Below are positions 1 through 13,175 of a stretch of DNA of 64,000 nt, in pieces; within the stretch, counting starts at the first letter, position 1, and every line of letters starts with the position of its first letter. The translations under genes were made by a program, and so were the position numbers. The stretch is taken from NCBI GenBank assembly GCA_951406725.2, contig OX597817.1:132618001-132682000 (forward strand). The letters run 5' to 3'. The stretch comes from Octopus vulgaris (taxonomy: Eukaryota). The notes beneath the pieces were generated by a model. That model saw only the letters and a list, made by a program, of their open reading frames with translations, ran no database searches and had not been told where the DNA came from.

Positions 1-14
1 TGATATAGTCATAA

Positions 15-130
15 CCGAGGTTGACTTTGCCTTTCACCATATAGAGATCGATAAAAATAAGTACCAGTTGAATACTGAGTTCGACTTAATCTACTTGAAA
101 TTACTGCTCCGGTCTCCAAATCAGAAACTA
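15..130 (+). mobile_element. SINE family B fragment (Meta-domain-like core)
   Basis: CCGAGGTTGACTTTGCCTTTCA...GATAAAAATAAGTACCAGTTG matches copies at 21775-22540, 43050-43520 and 49213-49400. Confidence 0.75.
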
Positions 131-217
131 TTATTTATAGTGTCTTTACCTCGAGACACGCCATTAAACTGATTTTAAAAAAATATATTCTCATAGAATC
201 TCACATGATTAGAATAA

Positions 218-322
218 GGCGTGGCTGTGTGGTAATAAGTTTGCTTCCCAGCCACATGGTTCCGGGTTCAGTCCCAAAGTCTTGTGATTGGATTTAATAC
301 ATAGAAACTGAAAGATGCACGT

Positions 323-359
<37 letters not shown>

Positions 360-865
360 TTGGTATTATGGAAAAGTGTCGTAAGTGCAAAACGTTGCTT
401 TTTCAGAAAACGAAAAAAGGATTTCACCTTTCTATAGCAAAACCGTTGTAATACACTTTGACGATTTTTGATATCTTGGCATCTAAAGCAGGTGGAGATA
501 CGATAGTTTGACCAAAAGAACTGGCTATTGGAAGCAAAAATAAATATTGAAGAAAACGCATTTGGCCTAATTCGGACATACGACAGTTTAACATAATAGC
601 AACAATATGTATATAATATATATGTGTGTATGTGTATGAGAGAGAGAGTATGCTTTTGTGCCTGTGTTTGTCTCCCACCACTGCTTCATGACTGTTGGTG
701 TGTTTATGCCCCTGTAACTTAGCGGTTCGCTAAAAGAGGTTGATAAAAGAAATACCAGATTTCGAAAATAAGCACCCGTGTCGATTCGTTGTATTAAAAT
801 TCCTTAAGGCGGCGTCCCCAGCATGGTCGCAATCCAATGATTGAAACAAGCAAAAGATAAAAGAA
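218..865 (+). mobile_element. SINE family A (tRNA-Gly-like head, internal (TA)n), interrupted by a 245-bp insert
   Basis: Head GGCGTGGCTGTGTGGTAATAAGTTTGCTTCCCAGCCACATGGTTCCGGGTTCAGTCCC; tail CAGCATGGTCGCAATCCAATGATTGAAACAAG-(AAAAGAT)n; more than 12 copies in the window. Confidence 0.85.
359..603. mobile_element. Short element with ~33-bp inverted ends inserted in the SINE's (TA)n
   Basis: GTTGGTATTATGGAAAAGTGTCGTAAGTGCAAA versus reverse complement of TTCGGACATACGACAGTTTAACATAATAGCAAC; internal AATAAA. Confidence 0.6.
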
Positions 866-1236
866 TTGCGATATATTCACTTCGTAAAACAGATTAAACA
901 GACATGCGTTTATAGATCTGAAGTTGAACTTAGCAACTCTGCCAAACCCATTTTAGCGAACCACTTTCACACGAAACATGTGTCTATGTTGAAATAATTG
1001 ATTTGTACAGCAGATGTCATTTAAATAATTTGAAAGAAAAACATGGCGGTCTTTGTGATGTGAGGTTAAACATGTTTCCTTTTGAACAGAATTGTCCAGT
1101 TCGATTAACGATTCAATTTCTTTCAAATAATCGTTTATACATATTCGTACATAAATATGTGTGTGTGCGTGTGTGTATGAATATATGTGTGTATGCATAT
1201 GTATGAGTGTGTGTGTGTTCTTATAATATATCTATC

Positions 1237-1279
<43 letters not shown>

Positions 1280-1619
1280 AATATATATATATATATATTT
1301 TTATATATGTACATCGATATAATCAAATATTCATGAAATACATATATGCACGCACACACAGGATGTCCCCCACACCCATACATCATTCCCATATTCCACA
1401 CACGCGCATACATAGAGTTACTGTAACATGAGTAAGGTATATCAATAACTAGCTTTATGACCCGTCGTTGCCGGGTCATAGTGCTAGTGCATGTATATAT
1501 GTGTATATATATGTGTACATATTACATGTACATCTATATATATACAGCTACACATAAAATACAAAATACAAAGTTATATCTTGATATCGCTAGTGATAAC
1601 AATACTCAAAATATATAAC

Positions 1620-2180
1620 AGACTGGAATTGTAGGCTCGTCTCTTGCAATTTCGATCAATTGTATCTTGTCCTCCCTCGTGTTTAGAAGTGTGGCTACAA
1701 TCCAGCCTACCTCTACTTCTGGGGAGAGATTTAATTTTTTATCCGGGACGTCCTATGTCCCAGATATAAAGGTAAAAATAAAATATTTCCAATTTGCAAG
1801 GTTTGAGTCGAGTACTCCCTTGCACGCTCCGTTGACTCGAACCTTGCTTCTATTGCGGCGAATTTACCGCCTCTGGTTAGATATCTTTCATAGTCGCACC
1901 AAGAACTTTTCGATGGTGCTTTCCTCCAGGTGTTCAATTTTTCTTTTCTCTACATTTTATATTTTATAGACAATAGTCTTTTCTTTAATTTAATTTTTTA
2001 TTTCGTTTGTTGGTGTTATCCTAGATTCACTGTCGTTGTCGGTGATCAGTCCGAAATAGGTTTGTATTTCTTCCATTTTAATTTTAATGAGTTCGCGTCC
2101 GCCGACGGCTGCAGCGAAATTCATTTTTGGACTTTCTTCTATCGAAGGCATTCTAACAAAAATGCTTCCGTGCAAACGGT
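1620..2180 (-). pseudogene. Degenerate non-LTR retrotransposon ORF1 (gag-like, Tx1/L1-type) fragment
   Basis: Broken reading MNFAAAVGG...ARFESTERAREYSTQTLQIGNILFLPLYLGHRTSRIK...SPEVEVGWIVA; frameshifts and stops. Confidence 0.45.
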
Positions 2181-2441
2181 GAAAATATTGTCAATTTCCC
2201 CAAACAGGGACACAATTCAATTTTTAAACAATGACCAAAGCCCCTTCTCCCAAAGGGGGAGGGGTTACAATTTACAATTATTTAACAAATGCAACACAAC
2301 AACGTTTCCCTTACGAGGAACCATCAAACGTGATAACAATAGTTAAACAGTAATAATAATAACAGTACTCAGTAGAAGCGCTGTTCGAGAAAACAGACAT
2401 TACATACAGCCAAACTTCATATAGGTACTTAATGCTAGCTA

Positions 2442-3112
2442 ATTAGCAGATAATCTAATGTAAAAGCCGTGGTAAAGGGTATTGCACACCTCTATCTGGA
2501 CTATTCCATTTCTGCACGCTAATTTTATTTTTAATTTATTCCCATTCATGTGAAATCACTTATTCAAGTTCAAGTCATTGATGCAATTTTATACCAATTG
2601 CTATTTTTACTTTTGTTATGTTACGATTATATTATACTTTAGTTTGATTTTAATTACTACTTACTACATATAATTCAATTGTTATTATTATCTCTAATTT
2701 TTATAGTTAAAGTGAAAGTATCTGACATAAAATAGAGAAATGTTTTTGTTTCACTTTTAACACGTAATACTGAAATAGTGGAGAAGATATGATATTGCTA
2801 TGGGCTCGCCCTAGGCAAGAAGTTGAACATTTTTTTGCCCATGAAACTACATGGACCCTAAGTAAGGCATGTGTAAAACTTGAATGAAATTGGTTGTGTA
2901 GTTCTCAAGTTTTAGGGAATCGTAGTAGAGAGATATGATATTGCTGTGGGCTCGCCCTAGGCAAAAAGTTAAAAAAGTTTTTGCCGATGACACTCCCCGG
3001 ACACTAAGTAAGGCATGTGTAAAATTTGAATGAGATTGGTTGTGTAGTTCTCAAGTTTTAGGGAAACACACAGACAGACAGACACACATTCTCAGTTTTA
3101 TATATAGAGAGA
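2442..3112 (+). mobile_element. Helitron/Helentron-like non-autonomous element with internal 146-bp tandem duplication
   Basis: Units begin AGATATGATATTGC at 2785 and 2931; ends ACACACAGACAGACAGACACACATTCTCAGTTTTATATATAGAG; left boundary uncertain. Confidence 0.55.
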
Positions 3113-3282
3113 GATGTAGTGCTATCACTACTTTGTATAGAACTCAATACGTGGATGGAGGGGATAAATATATATCTATTCTTTCAAAGTCGACTGTCTA
3201 ATCTGAGTTTCACGGTCAGTCGGACAGCTCAAGGCTGCTCTAAACAGCCTATCTAGGGTGAAATATCAACTTCCATATTATC

Positions 3283-3331
3283 TATTTATCTATCTATCTA
3301 CCTACCTACCTACCTACCTACCTATCTATCA

Positions 3332-3419
<88 letters not shown>

Positions 3420-3612
3420 GCGTAATTGTATGTATGTATGTATGTATGTATGTATATGTATATGTATTTCTATCTATGAATTTGTGTACACACACACATA
3501 TATATATGTATGTATATATGCATGTATGTATGTATGTATGTATGTATGTATGTATGTATGTATGTATGTATGTATGTATGTATGTATATATTTATATATG
3601 TGTGTGTGTGTG
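3283..3612. repeat. Compound microsatellite (TCTA)n/(CCTA)n/(TATG)n/(TG)n
   Basis: Direct reading. Confidence 0.95.
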
Positions 3613-3614
3613 TA

Positions 3615-3923
3615 TTGGTAAAAACGGTAAGATAACAAAAGAACGAAAGAGACCTCAATATTATGTAAATAGAAGAATTTATCTGTAAATGTAATATGTG
3701 ACAATTATTCGGTAGCCAAGATAAAACTCTGAGTTTTGGATCCGAGGTGGAAATCCACACCGCCATCTCTTCAGTTATCGGGCCATCGGTTTTTTTATTT
3801 CCGATGGCCGGATAACTTTTTGCTTAGGGCGAGCCTACATAATGGTGGTGTGGATTTCGACCTCGGATCCAAAACTCAGAGTTTTATCTTGGCTACCGAA
3901 TAATTGTCACATATTACATTTAC

Positions 3924-3928
<5 letters not shown>
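3615..3928 (-). mobile_element. Foldback Penelope-like element with 87-bp inverted arms and hammerhead-like motif
   Basis: Arms 3680-3766 and 3842-3928 differ at 2 positions; inner inverted repeat 3774-3789/3801-3816; minus strand GATAA-CTGAAGA...AAAAC-TCAGA-GTT-TTATC. Confidence 0.75.
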
Positions 3929-3980
<52 letters not shown>

Positions 3981-3982
<2 letters not shown>

Positions 3983-4291
3983 TTCAGCAAAATTTAGATT
4001 CAAGTGAATATCGTACTTAAGTTAGATGCACCAGAATTTTGTATGGTGTTATCCATATAAATCCCTGGGGTGGTTATAATCAAAATAAGCAATAAGCAAC
4101 ACGAATAACTTCGGTAATTTGGTACGATCATTTCACGCTACATCATTTTATTAAATGTTGTAAGTATTACAACAGTTCTAAAATGCTGAGCACTCATAAG
4201 CTATTAATAGAGGTTTTCCATTAATACATAACTTTCATATCAATTAATAACATTATAGAGAAGGTAGATATATAGACAAAGATGTGGATTT

Positions 4292-4295
<4 letters not shown>
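3981..4295 (-). mobile_element. (TA)n-flanked element with degenerate hammerhead
   Basis: Minus 4203-4121: CTTATGA-GTGCTCAGCATTTT...AAAATGATGTAGCGT-GAAA-TGATCG-TA; (TA)n on both sides. Confidence 0.5.
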
Positions 4296-4333
<38 letters not shown>

Positions 4334-4334
<1 letters not shown>

Positions 4335-4480
4335 CGGGAAGGTTTATGAAAATAAACAAAAGACGAAGGCAGGTGGAGTACAAACAAACAAATGTATTAG
4401 TATGGCGCTCAGGAATAGAAATAGTAGTCTTTTACGTTTCGAGCCTACGCTCTTCGACAGAAAGATACACAGAAAAGAAA
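4334..4480 (-). mobile_element. ~150-200 bp microsatellite-inserted family C, copy 1 (minimal hammerhead-like)
   Basis: Minus 4465-4428 TCTTT-CTGTCGA-A-GAGC-GTAG-GCTC-GAAA-CG-TA-AAAGA; homologues at 28772, 41024, 41640, 62717. Confidence 0.75.
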
Positions 4481-4925
4481 CGTGTGTGTGTGTGTGTATG
4501 TGTGTGTGTGTAAGTATGTATGTATCAATTTGTTAAGCTATTAAGGTATGTTTCTCAACATGAAACTAAAAACCAATGGTAGCCTTAATATAGAGTTAAA
4601 GAAAAATTCTATCCACCAATGCGTGTTGTTGAAAACTTATTCTCCTTGTTCGACATTTTACGTACAAACACTTTAATTTATAAACACACACATGCATATA
4701 TGAACATATGTACATACATACGTACATGCATACATATATATTATATCATATAACTTGATACTGTGTGCCTAAGATCCTCGTTGTCAGGCCGCTGGTATTT
4801 ATCGAGTGTTAAACAACTTCGATATGCAAATTAGGGACTCCTTCATAGAGTGACTGCTGCATTCGTTGCGTATATAAACTGATTGGCTGTTTGCTTTTCC
4901 TGGAGACTGTCAGAATGATATGGAC

Positions 4926-4968
4926 GCCTCCCATGAGAACCCAATAAGGTTCGAAAATCGATTAAGGT
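4926..4968 (+). ncRNA. Degenerate minimal hammerhead ribozyme motif
   Basis: GCCT-CCCATGA-GAACC-CAATAA-GGTTC-GAAA-ATCGAT-TA-AGGT; perfect stem II, palindromic stem III, two core mutations. Confidence 0.6.
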
Positions 4969-5046
4969 TGTTCATCGCTTTTTTTCCAGTCTGCCGAGAA
5001 ATGACTGAAATTTGCCATGTTTATAATTATACCATATGTTACATAC

Positions 5047-5084
<38 letters not shown>

Positions 5085-5354
5085 TCTTTTACTAGTTTGG
5101 TCCAGAGTCTGGTGTCATTCTGGAGTACCGCTTTTCAATGTTTTGGGGTCACTCTTCGAAAAATATTAGCGATCGGATGTTCACGTTTGAACTTTTCATC
5201 ACGTATTAAAAATAGAAACGTTCTTCCATTGATTCTCATTATTCTGCGTAGACCAGATGAATTGTTATTCTGTATGGAATAATACCATTCGAGTGAAATT
5301 CTTCAAGTAAAAAATGTTTTTCAAACAACCTCAAGTGTGGATATGTGGTAGGCA

Positions 5355-5925
5355 CAGGCATGGCTGTGTGGTTTAGAAGCTTGCTTGGCAACAGTGCGGT
5401 TACGAGTTCAGTCCTGTTGTGTAGCGCCTTCTTTCTGTGTCTTCTACAGGGTGCTCAAAAAGTCTCTCTGCATTGAGTCTCAGCCTAGAAAGTGCTCACA
5501 CGGAAGTAAAAAAGCAATTAAATTTTATGCATTGAAAATGAAGGACGTCACTTTCAACACCTCTTGTAAAGTCTAATATATCTTTTTGTAGTCTTATACC
5601 AACCTATAAATATTTATTTTGCAATGAAATAATGCGAAGAGACTTTTTGAACACACTGTATCATAGCTGTGAGATGACCCATGCCTTGTGAGTGAATTCG
5701 GTGGACGAAATGTGTGTGTGTGTGGTAGTCCCCTCAATATCGCTTGACAACCGACCAACCGATGGTGGTGTGTTAACGTCCCTGTAACTTAGCTGTTCTG
5801 CAAAAGAGGCCGACAGAGTAAGTATTAGGTTTACAAAGAATAAATCCTGGGGGAGAATCGTTCGACTAAACGCGGTGATCAAGCAAGGCCACAGTCAAAT
5901 GACTGAAACAAACAAAAGAATAAAA
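5355..5925 (+). mobile_element. SINE family A copy interrupted by a MITE
   Basis: Head GGCATGGCTGTGTGGTTTAGAAGCTTGCTT; tail GTCAAATGACTGAAACAAACAAAAGAATAAAA. Confidence 0.8.
5447..5658. mobile_element. Tc1/mariner-type MITE
   Basis: TIRs CAGGGTGCTCAAAAAGTCTCT / AGAGACTTTTTGAACACACTG; TA on both flanks. Confidence 0.85.
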
Positions 5926-6534
5926 AATAGAACCAGTTTATTGGAGATAAATTCTCACAACGAAATGATATGTGGATCCGCAAGGGTCATACGACCCTTG
6001 GTTCAGAACCACTCAGCGAAGCCCTTTAAAGCGGTGTCCCAGCATGGATGTAGTCCAGTGAATGAAATAAGAAAAAGAAATTATCCGTAACTGCATAAAA
6101 TCTTTCAAACTAGACCTCCCACGTTATACTTATCCCAGCGACTTGATATGAAATACATCCGATGTTAAGGCAGGTTCGAATGAACAAAGTTGAATTTTAA
6201 AAGTTTATTATTTCAGCTTCGCTTCTTTAAACTTGACAGATGAACTTGTCTACAATAACGACAGACAGGTTTGCTAGATTGCGATCTGGCCTCCTCCTTC
6301 CTTCTCTCTAGATCAATTCGCAGTTTACCCACCCCACGCACGTTTTAATTTTTACCTTTTTATCTTTTTTTACTTAATCTTTCGTTATTTAACTTTCAAT
6401 GTAAATACATCCCCAAATCAAATTTCTCTTTCTCTCTCTCCTTCTAGCCCCCCTCACTCTCTTTCTGTTTACATTTATTCCTTTATTACCGGTTTCCTAA
6501 ACTTGCTTCCCCTCACACCACAATTTAAAGGCAA

Positions 6535-6646
6535 AAATACACATACATGCAAATACATACACACACACATACATACATATATATATATGTATGTATATAT
6601 ATATTTCTATATATATATATATATAGATAGATAGACAGATAGATAT

Positions 6647-6745
<99 letters not shown>

Positions 6746-7104
6746 TAGATATACACTGAAGCAAGCATACATATATGTATGTATACATCTATCAGAGCTT
6801 TTGTGTGTAACATACAAGTGTGTATTACATGTATCATATATATAACTACATAAGTTGTATATATAGCATATTTTAAGACATTCATACATATACACACACA
6901 TATATATACACACACACACATATATATGTAAACATTACATATAACAGATATATAAATACATACGTATGTATGTGTATATATACCCACACACTTGAGCACG
7001 CATAGAAATTTATACATACATATACATAGATAAAGATATAAGTAAGTATATATATGTATATATATATATACATATATATACATACATGTACATACAATAT
7101 ATAA

Positions 7105-7149
<45 letters not shown>

Positions 7150-7545
7150 AATATATACATACATATACATACAATATATGTAAATATATATATATACATA
7201 CATACATATATATATATATACATATATATACGTGGATACATTTAACTTTCGCTTACTCCCCCCCCCCCATATATTTATATGTATAATGTGCAATTGTCAC
7301 ACGCTCTTTTGATTCCAGTGCCAAGTTTATTTATCCGTATTGCAAAAATATATTAAAACAGTATAAAACCGACACACAGACACACACGCACACGCACATA
7401 CAGACACACATACATATCATAAATATGAAATATATATATATGTATGTATGTATGCATGTATGTATGAATGTATGTATGTATGTATGTATGTATGTATGTA
7501 TGTATGTATGTATGTATGTATGTATGTATGTATGTATGCATATAC
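6535..7545. repeat. Compound microsatellite field (AGAT)n/(TA)n/(TATG)n
   Basis: Direct reading. Confidence 0.95.
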
Positions 7546-7780
7546 GATGCGTCATTGTCACACGCTCTTTGATTTTAATACCAAATTTTATTTATCCTTC
7601 TTTCAAAAATATATTAAAAGACTATATAAAAATATATTATAATCTCGCACGAAATTGAAATATATACGAATACTTTATTGACATTCATATTTTCTAAAAC
7701 AAAAGGAAAATAGAAAGAAAAAAAAGGACTTTATACTATTTTCTTATTTAATAAAGAAATATATAAAGAACGACAGGGAA

Positions 7781-8532
<752 letters not shown>

Positions 8533-9012
8533 CTGCAAAAAAGAACATTTCTGACTTTTGCCTCTTGCCTCCGTCTTTTACATTTCCTGGCAATTAGTAT
8601 CTTCTGCATATTTATTGTCTTCCCATTTTTCAATTTCTTTGTTTTTCTGGAGATTGGTGATGGTGGTGGTGGTGGTATGGAGTGGCATTTTGGTGTAAGT
8701 GTTGTGCTATTCTTTCGGTTAGCAGCGTTCTTTCTTTGAGTCTTTCTTTCTTTCTTCATTTCCGTTTATTCTATGCATTAAAATAATAATGAGCTCTTTT
8801 ACGCCATGTTGAAATCTGAGACATGGACACGATTTTTGATGGACGTCTCGGTCACTGCGATCACCTTGCCAATCACATAGACACACAGACACACAGACAG
8901 ACAGGCAGGCACACAGACAGACAAATAGATAGGTGGATAGTGAATAGATAGACAGACAAATAGATAGATGGATAGATAGATTGATATATAGATAGATAGA
9001 TAGGTAGGTAGG

Positions 9013-9108
<96 letters not shown>

Positions 9109-9133
9109 CAGACGGATACATACATACATACAT

Positions 9134-9174
<41 letters not shown>

Positions 9175-9252
9175 TATACATGCATAACTGGATGGGTAGA
9201 GAGACAGATTCACTAACTGACAGAAAAAAGACGCAAAGAGACAGATTAATAT

Positions 9253-9546
9253 ATATGTTTCTTTATTAGCCACACAGGGCTGCACACAGATAGAACAAAT
9301 TACAAGGTAGAGCTTTTCTTTTGGGGGTAAAAAAAGGAGAGTGGTGGTTTTCGATCAAAAGGGATCGTAAAAGGAAGGAAAAAGGACAAAAAAATGGGAG
9401 GGGTTAAAAAAAGGGGGGGGAGAAAAAAAAAAATGAATAATAGGGATCGTTATCACAGAAATGTCAATATGAAGTGTAAAGGGGAGGACAGGTGAGGTTT
9501 ACCCGTGGAAAGAAAAGCCTACGGAAAAGGCCACGGTAACCTCGGT
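9253..9546 (-). mobile_element. LINE (L1/Tx1-like) 3' UTR fragment within (TAGA)n
   Basis: Minus strand ends CAGCCCTGTGTGGCTAATAAAGAAACATA; pyrimidine-rich body; clade assignment is inferred. Confidence 0.5.
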
Positions 9547-9662
9547 CTAGATAGATCGATCGATAGATAGATAGATTGACAGACAGGCAGGCAGACAAAC
9601 AAACAGAGAAAGAGATAAATAGGTAGGTAGATAGATAGATAGATATATAGATAGATAGATAT

Positions 9663-9712
<50 letters not shown>

Positions 9713-9754
9713 TGACAGACAGGCAGGCAGACAAACAAACAGACAAAGAGATAA

Positions 9755-9815
<61 letters not shown>

Positions 9816-10189
9816 CATACATACATACATACATACATACATACATACATACATACATACATACGTACATGCATGCTTAATTGGATGGTTAAACAGACAG
9901 ACTCACTAACTGACAAAGAAACACCCAAAGAAACTGATATACATACAGACAGACCGAGAAATAAATAGATAAGTAGATAAAGTTGGTGAGAGAGGAATTA
10001 ATCGACTAAAATGAATCCCTTACATTCATAAAAAGACAACATGAGAAATGAAAAGGAATGGATAAGTGTGTGTATATGTGGGGGGAGGCATGCGTAGAAG
10101 GAAATAGCGAGAAAGAGAGAGAAAAGAAAAGAGTGCCGAATAATAGAGATGAATATTAGGGAGTCGGGTTTTGAAGGCAACTTCGAATG

Positions 10190-10360
10190 TTGCACAATGT
10201 TACGTCCCAGCAACTTAGCGGTACGACAAAAGTGACCTCTAGCGTTTAGTACTAGGCCGACAAAGAATAAGTTCTGGGGTCGATTTGTTCTATTATAGGT
10301 GGTGCTCTTGCATCGCCGCAATCAAATGACTTAAACAAATAAAAGAATAAAAGAATAAAA
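10190..10360 (+). mobile_element. SINE family A 3' half
   Basis: AACTTAGCGG...GAATAAGTTCTGGGGTCGATTTGTTC...CAAATGACTTAAACAAATAAAAGAATAAAAG. Confidence 0.75.
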
Positions 10361-10501
10361 CAACTTCATAGGTGAGATGAGGAATTATGCACATTATTTA
10401 CGTTATTTACATTTGACGGATATTTGTCCTTAACTTGCTTGTTGTTAACACAACTTTTCGGCTGATATACCCCCCCAGCCGAGTTCGATTCCAGGCAGTG
10501 A

Positions 10502-10661
<160 letters not shown>

Positions 10662-10749
10662 AAGAAGAAGAAGAAGAAGAAGATGAAGAAGAAGAAGAAG
10701 AAGAAGAAGAAGAAGAAGAAGAAGAGGAGGTGGAGGAGGAAGAAGAAGA

Positions 10750-11258
10750 AGATGGTATAGGCACACACCAGAAAAGGTCGCAGAAAACGAGAAAGCAACC
10801 ATACTCTGGGATATGCCAATACACACAGATAGAGTAATTAAGGCCAACAGACCAGATATAGTTGTCAGAGATCATGAAGAAAAGTATGCTTTCTAATTGA
10901 TGTATCAATACCAGAAGATGACAACGTGTCTCTAAAAGAAATGAAGAAACTTTCAAAATACAAAGACCTGGAAATAGAGGTAACCAGAATGTGGAATCTA
11001 AAAACAGAAACAATCCCTATCATAGTAGGTGCATTAGGCATGATAAAAAAATATTCAGACAAATACATAACAAAAACACCAGGACTTATGAACACATATA
11101 ACATACAGAAAATTGCACTACTAGGCACTGCACACATCCTACGCAGAACACTTTCCATACAGTAACCATAAGAGCATCACAACAAATCACAGCACGTACC
11201 AAAGGCACACAGAGCTGCGCTCGGTAGTGAAGTGAAAGCTATAAAAATAAAACTACTG

Positions 11259-11259
<1 letters not shown>
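10750..11259 (+). mobile_element. 5'-truncated R4/Dong-clade LINE (restriction-like endonuclease C-terminus and 3' UTR)
   Basis: RWYRHTPEKVAENEKATILWDMPIHTDRVIKANRPDIVV, one frameshift, then CFLIDVSIPEDDNVSLKEMKKLSKYKDLEIEVTRMW...IPIIVGALG; PD-(D/E)xK RLE; ends in (TAA)n. Confidence 0.9.
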
Positions 11260-11352
<93 letters not shown>

Positions 11353-11403
11353 CCATTGAAAAAATACCTTAGGAATGAGAACCCGGGTTCGAAATTTCCT
11401 TAA

Positions 11404-11449
11404 GACACCTGATGAAGGCTGGAGGGTATATCAGCCAAAACGTTGTGTT
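11404..11449 (+). ncRNA. Minimal type-I hammerhead (G12A in this copy)
   Basis: GACAC-CTGATGA-A-GGCTG-loop-CAGCC-AAAA-CG-TT-GTGTT; the inverted copy at 10447-10480 retains CAGCC-GAAA. Confidence 0.8.
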
Positions 11450-12631
11450 AACAACAAACAAGAAGAGGGCAAATATCCGTCAAATGTAAATAATGTAAAT
11501 AATGAACGATATTTTCATCATTGGTGCTTATACAAAGTGATGAAATGAATGCTAATATTTGGAAGAAAAACTTTTATTGCCTTTAAGTAAATAGAGTAAA
11601 TTTCTCATTTTGTAGAACTACTATCACTTATTTCCTATCCTCTTCCTCCTACCATCAAGCTTAGAAAGTGCACTCATGCTGCACCTCTTACTTTAACTCA
11701 CCCCTTTTCTACTTTGTATTTTCTTGGGAAAAATATCATCGTCAGTAGAGCGGATTTTTCAAAGTAAATTACAGATAATTAATGACTAACCTTGGAATTT
11801 AAATTCACGAAACCTATTCTCGGTCTTAATATAAACCAATTCTTCAACAAATTGCGCTACTGTGAGAATCAGTGGTGTTGTGTTCGATAGTCAACGTTGC
11901 ACGTTAAGTTCGTTTTTTTATTGAGAAATGCAATAAGTTTTAGGCTCTTAAAGATTCTGCTCATCTCATAGATATCGTAGCAAATTGCTGTCATAGATTG
12001 AAAAGTGTGAAAAATTATCTTCACATTATTGACAAGCATGAAAGCAAATGATTAGAGGATATAGAAGCACATTTAAATAGTTTCACTCTATATAGTGTCA
12101 CCATGAAAGATTCTTTATATAACAGTATCATCTATTTATTTTTGGAAACGCTGTGGCAGAGGCGGACCTGAATATCTGATCGCTTCTATTTTCGTCATCG
12201 GATAACGTCATCTCCTCTCTTTAGACAATATATGTTCATAGCACACATAATTCACCATTGCAAGTGGGCGTTGAGACACCGAGGTGTTTTCTCCTGGTTG
12301 TGCGTCTCATCAGGGAATGCTACCCGCTACACCGATGAGTATGACAAAGCACAAGCTCTTTGGATTGGTGCTTTTACTGCGTGCAGTCCTTGAATTATTT
12401 TCTGTTTAGCAAGCTTTGGCATGCATCAATTAATAGATTGCTTTCTGATTTCTATAAACTCCAGACCGTTCCCTTGCGAGATCCATCGGTCCGGTGACAC
12501 ACATACATACACACATGTACGTACACATACAGATTCAATGTAGATTCATCTCTAAAAACTATCTATAATTCACCCATCACTAATAAAAATTTATCTAATT
12601 CACAGATGTCTGACGAATACAAATGTGTAAT

Positions 12632-12830
12632 GCGAGCTGGCAGAATCGTTAGCACTCCAGGCAAATGCACAGCGGCATTTCGTCCGTCTCGGCGCTCAGA
12701 GTTTAAATTCTGCCAAGCTTTTTATCCTTTCGAGGTCGATAAAGTAAGTGCCAGCAGAACACTGATGTCGATCTAATCGACTTTGCCCTCACCTAACTCG
12801 CCGGCGTTCTTTGCGAAAATTTGAACCTAT
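12632..12830 (+). mobile_element. SINE family B copy
   Basis: GCGAGCTGGCAGAATCGTTAGCAC...ATCCTTTCGAGGTCGATAAAGTAAGTGCCAG. Confidence 0.8.
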
Positions 12831-12939
12831 CATACATATATATGATATTAGTTTGTATCAATAAAAAACGCATCTAAAAGGTATTTAGCTATCCACTAAT
12901 CCCGTCATATTTCTTTCAATCCCAATATATTACATTTCT

Positions 12940-13130
12940 GAAACACAAAAAGCACAAAATCGTACAATTCTGTATCATCCATTCAAGTTTTTATTCACGA
13001 CACCTCAGGAATTTGGCCTTAATGTACAGTTTCTCCAAAATACACAATGATCCCTATTTTATTCTACGAGCTTTTATTCAGTATTACTTTGATAAGGGGC
13101 CTTTGCAGATAATTTATTCTGATTAAAAAT
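12940..13130 (-). pseudogene. Possible Penelope GIY-YIG C-terminal relic
   Basis: Minus translation SLCILEKLYI...KLE...C resembles the CxLCxxEKxxI...LNKRxE motif; adjacent opposite-strand hammerhead motif. Confidence 0.35.
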
Positions 13131-13175
13131 ATCTGGAAGAAATGTGGCTACATTTCACAATAAGCATTGCTTGTA

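Noticed and set aside
218-275. tRNA genes at SINE heads
   Set aside because: No complete cloverleaf or terminator, and always fused to SINE bodies
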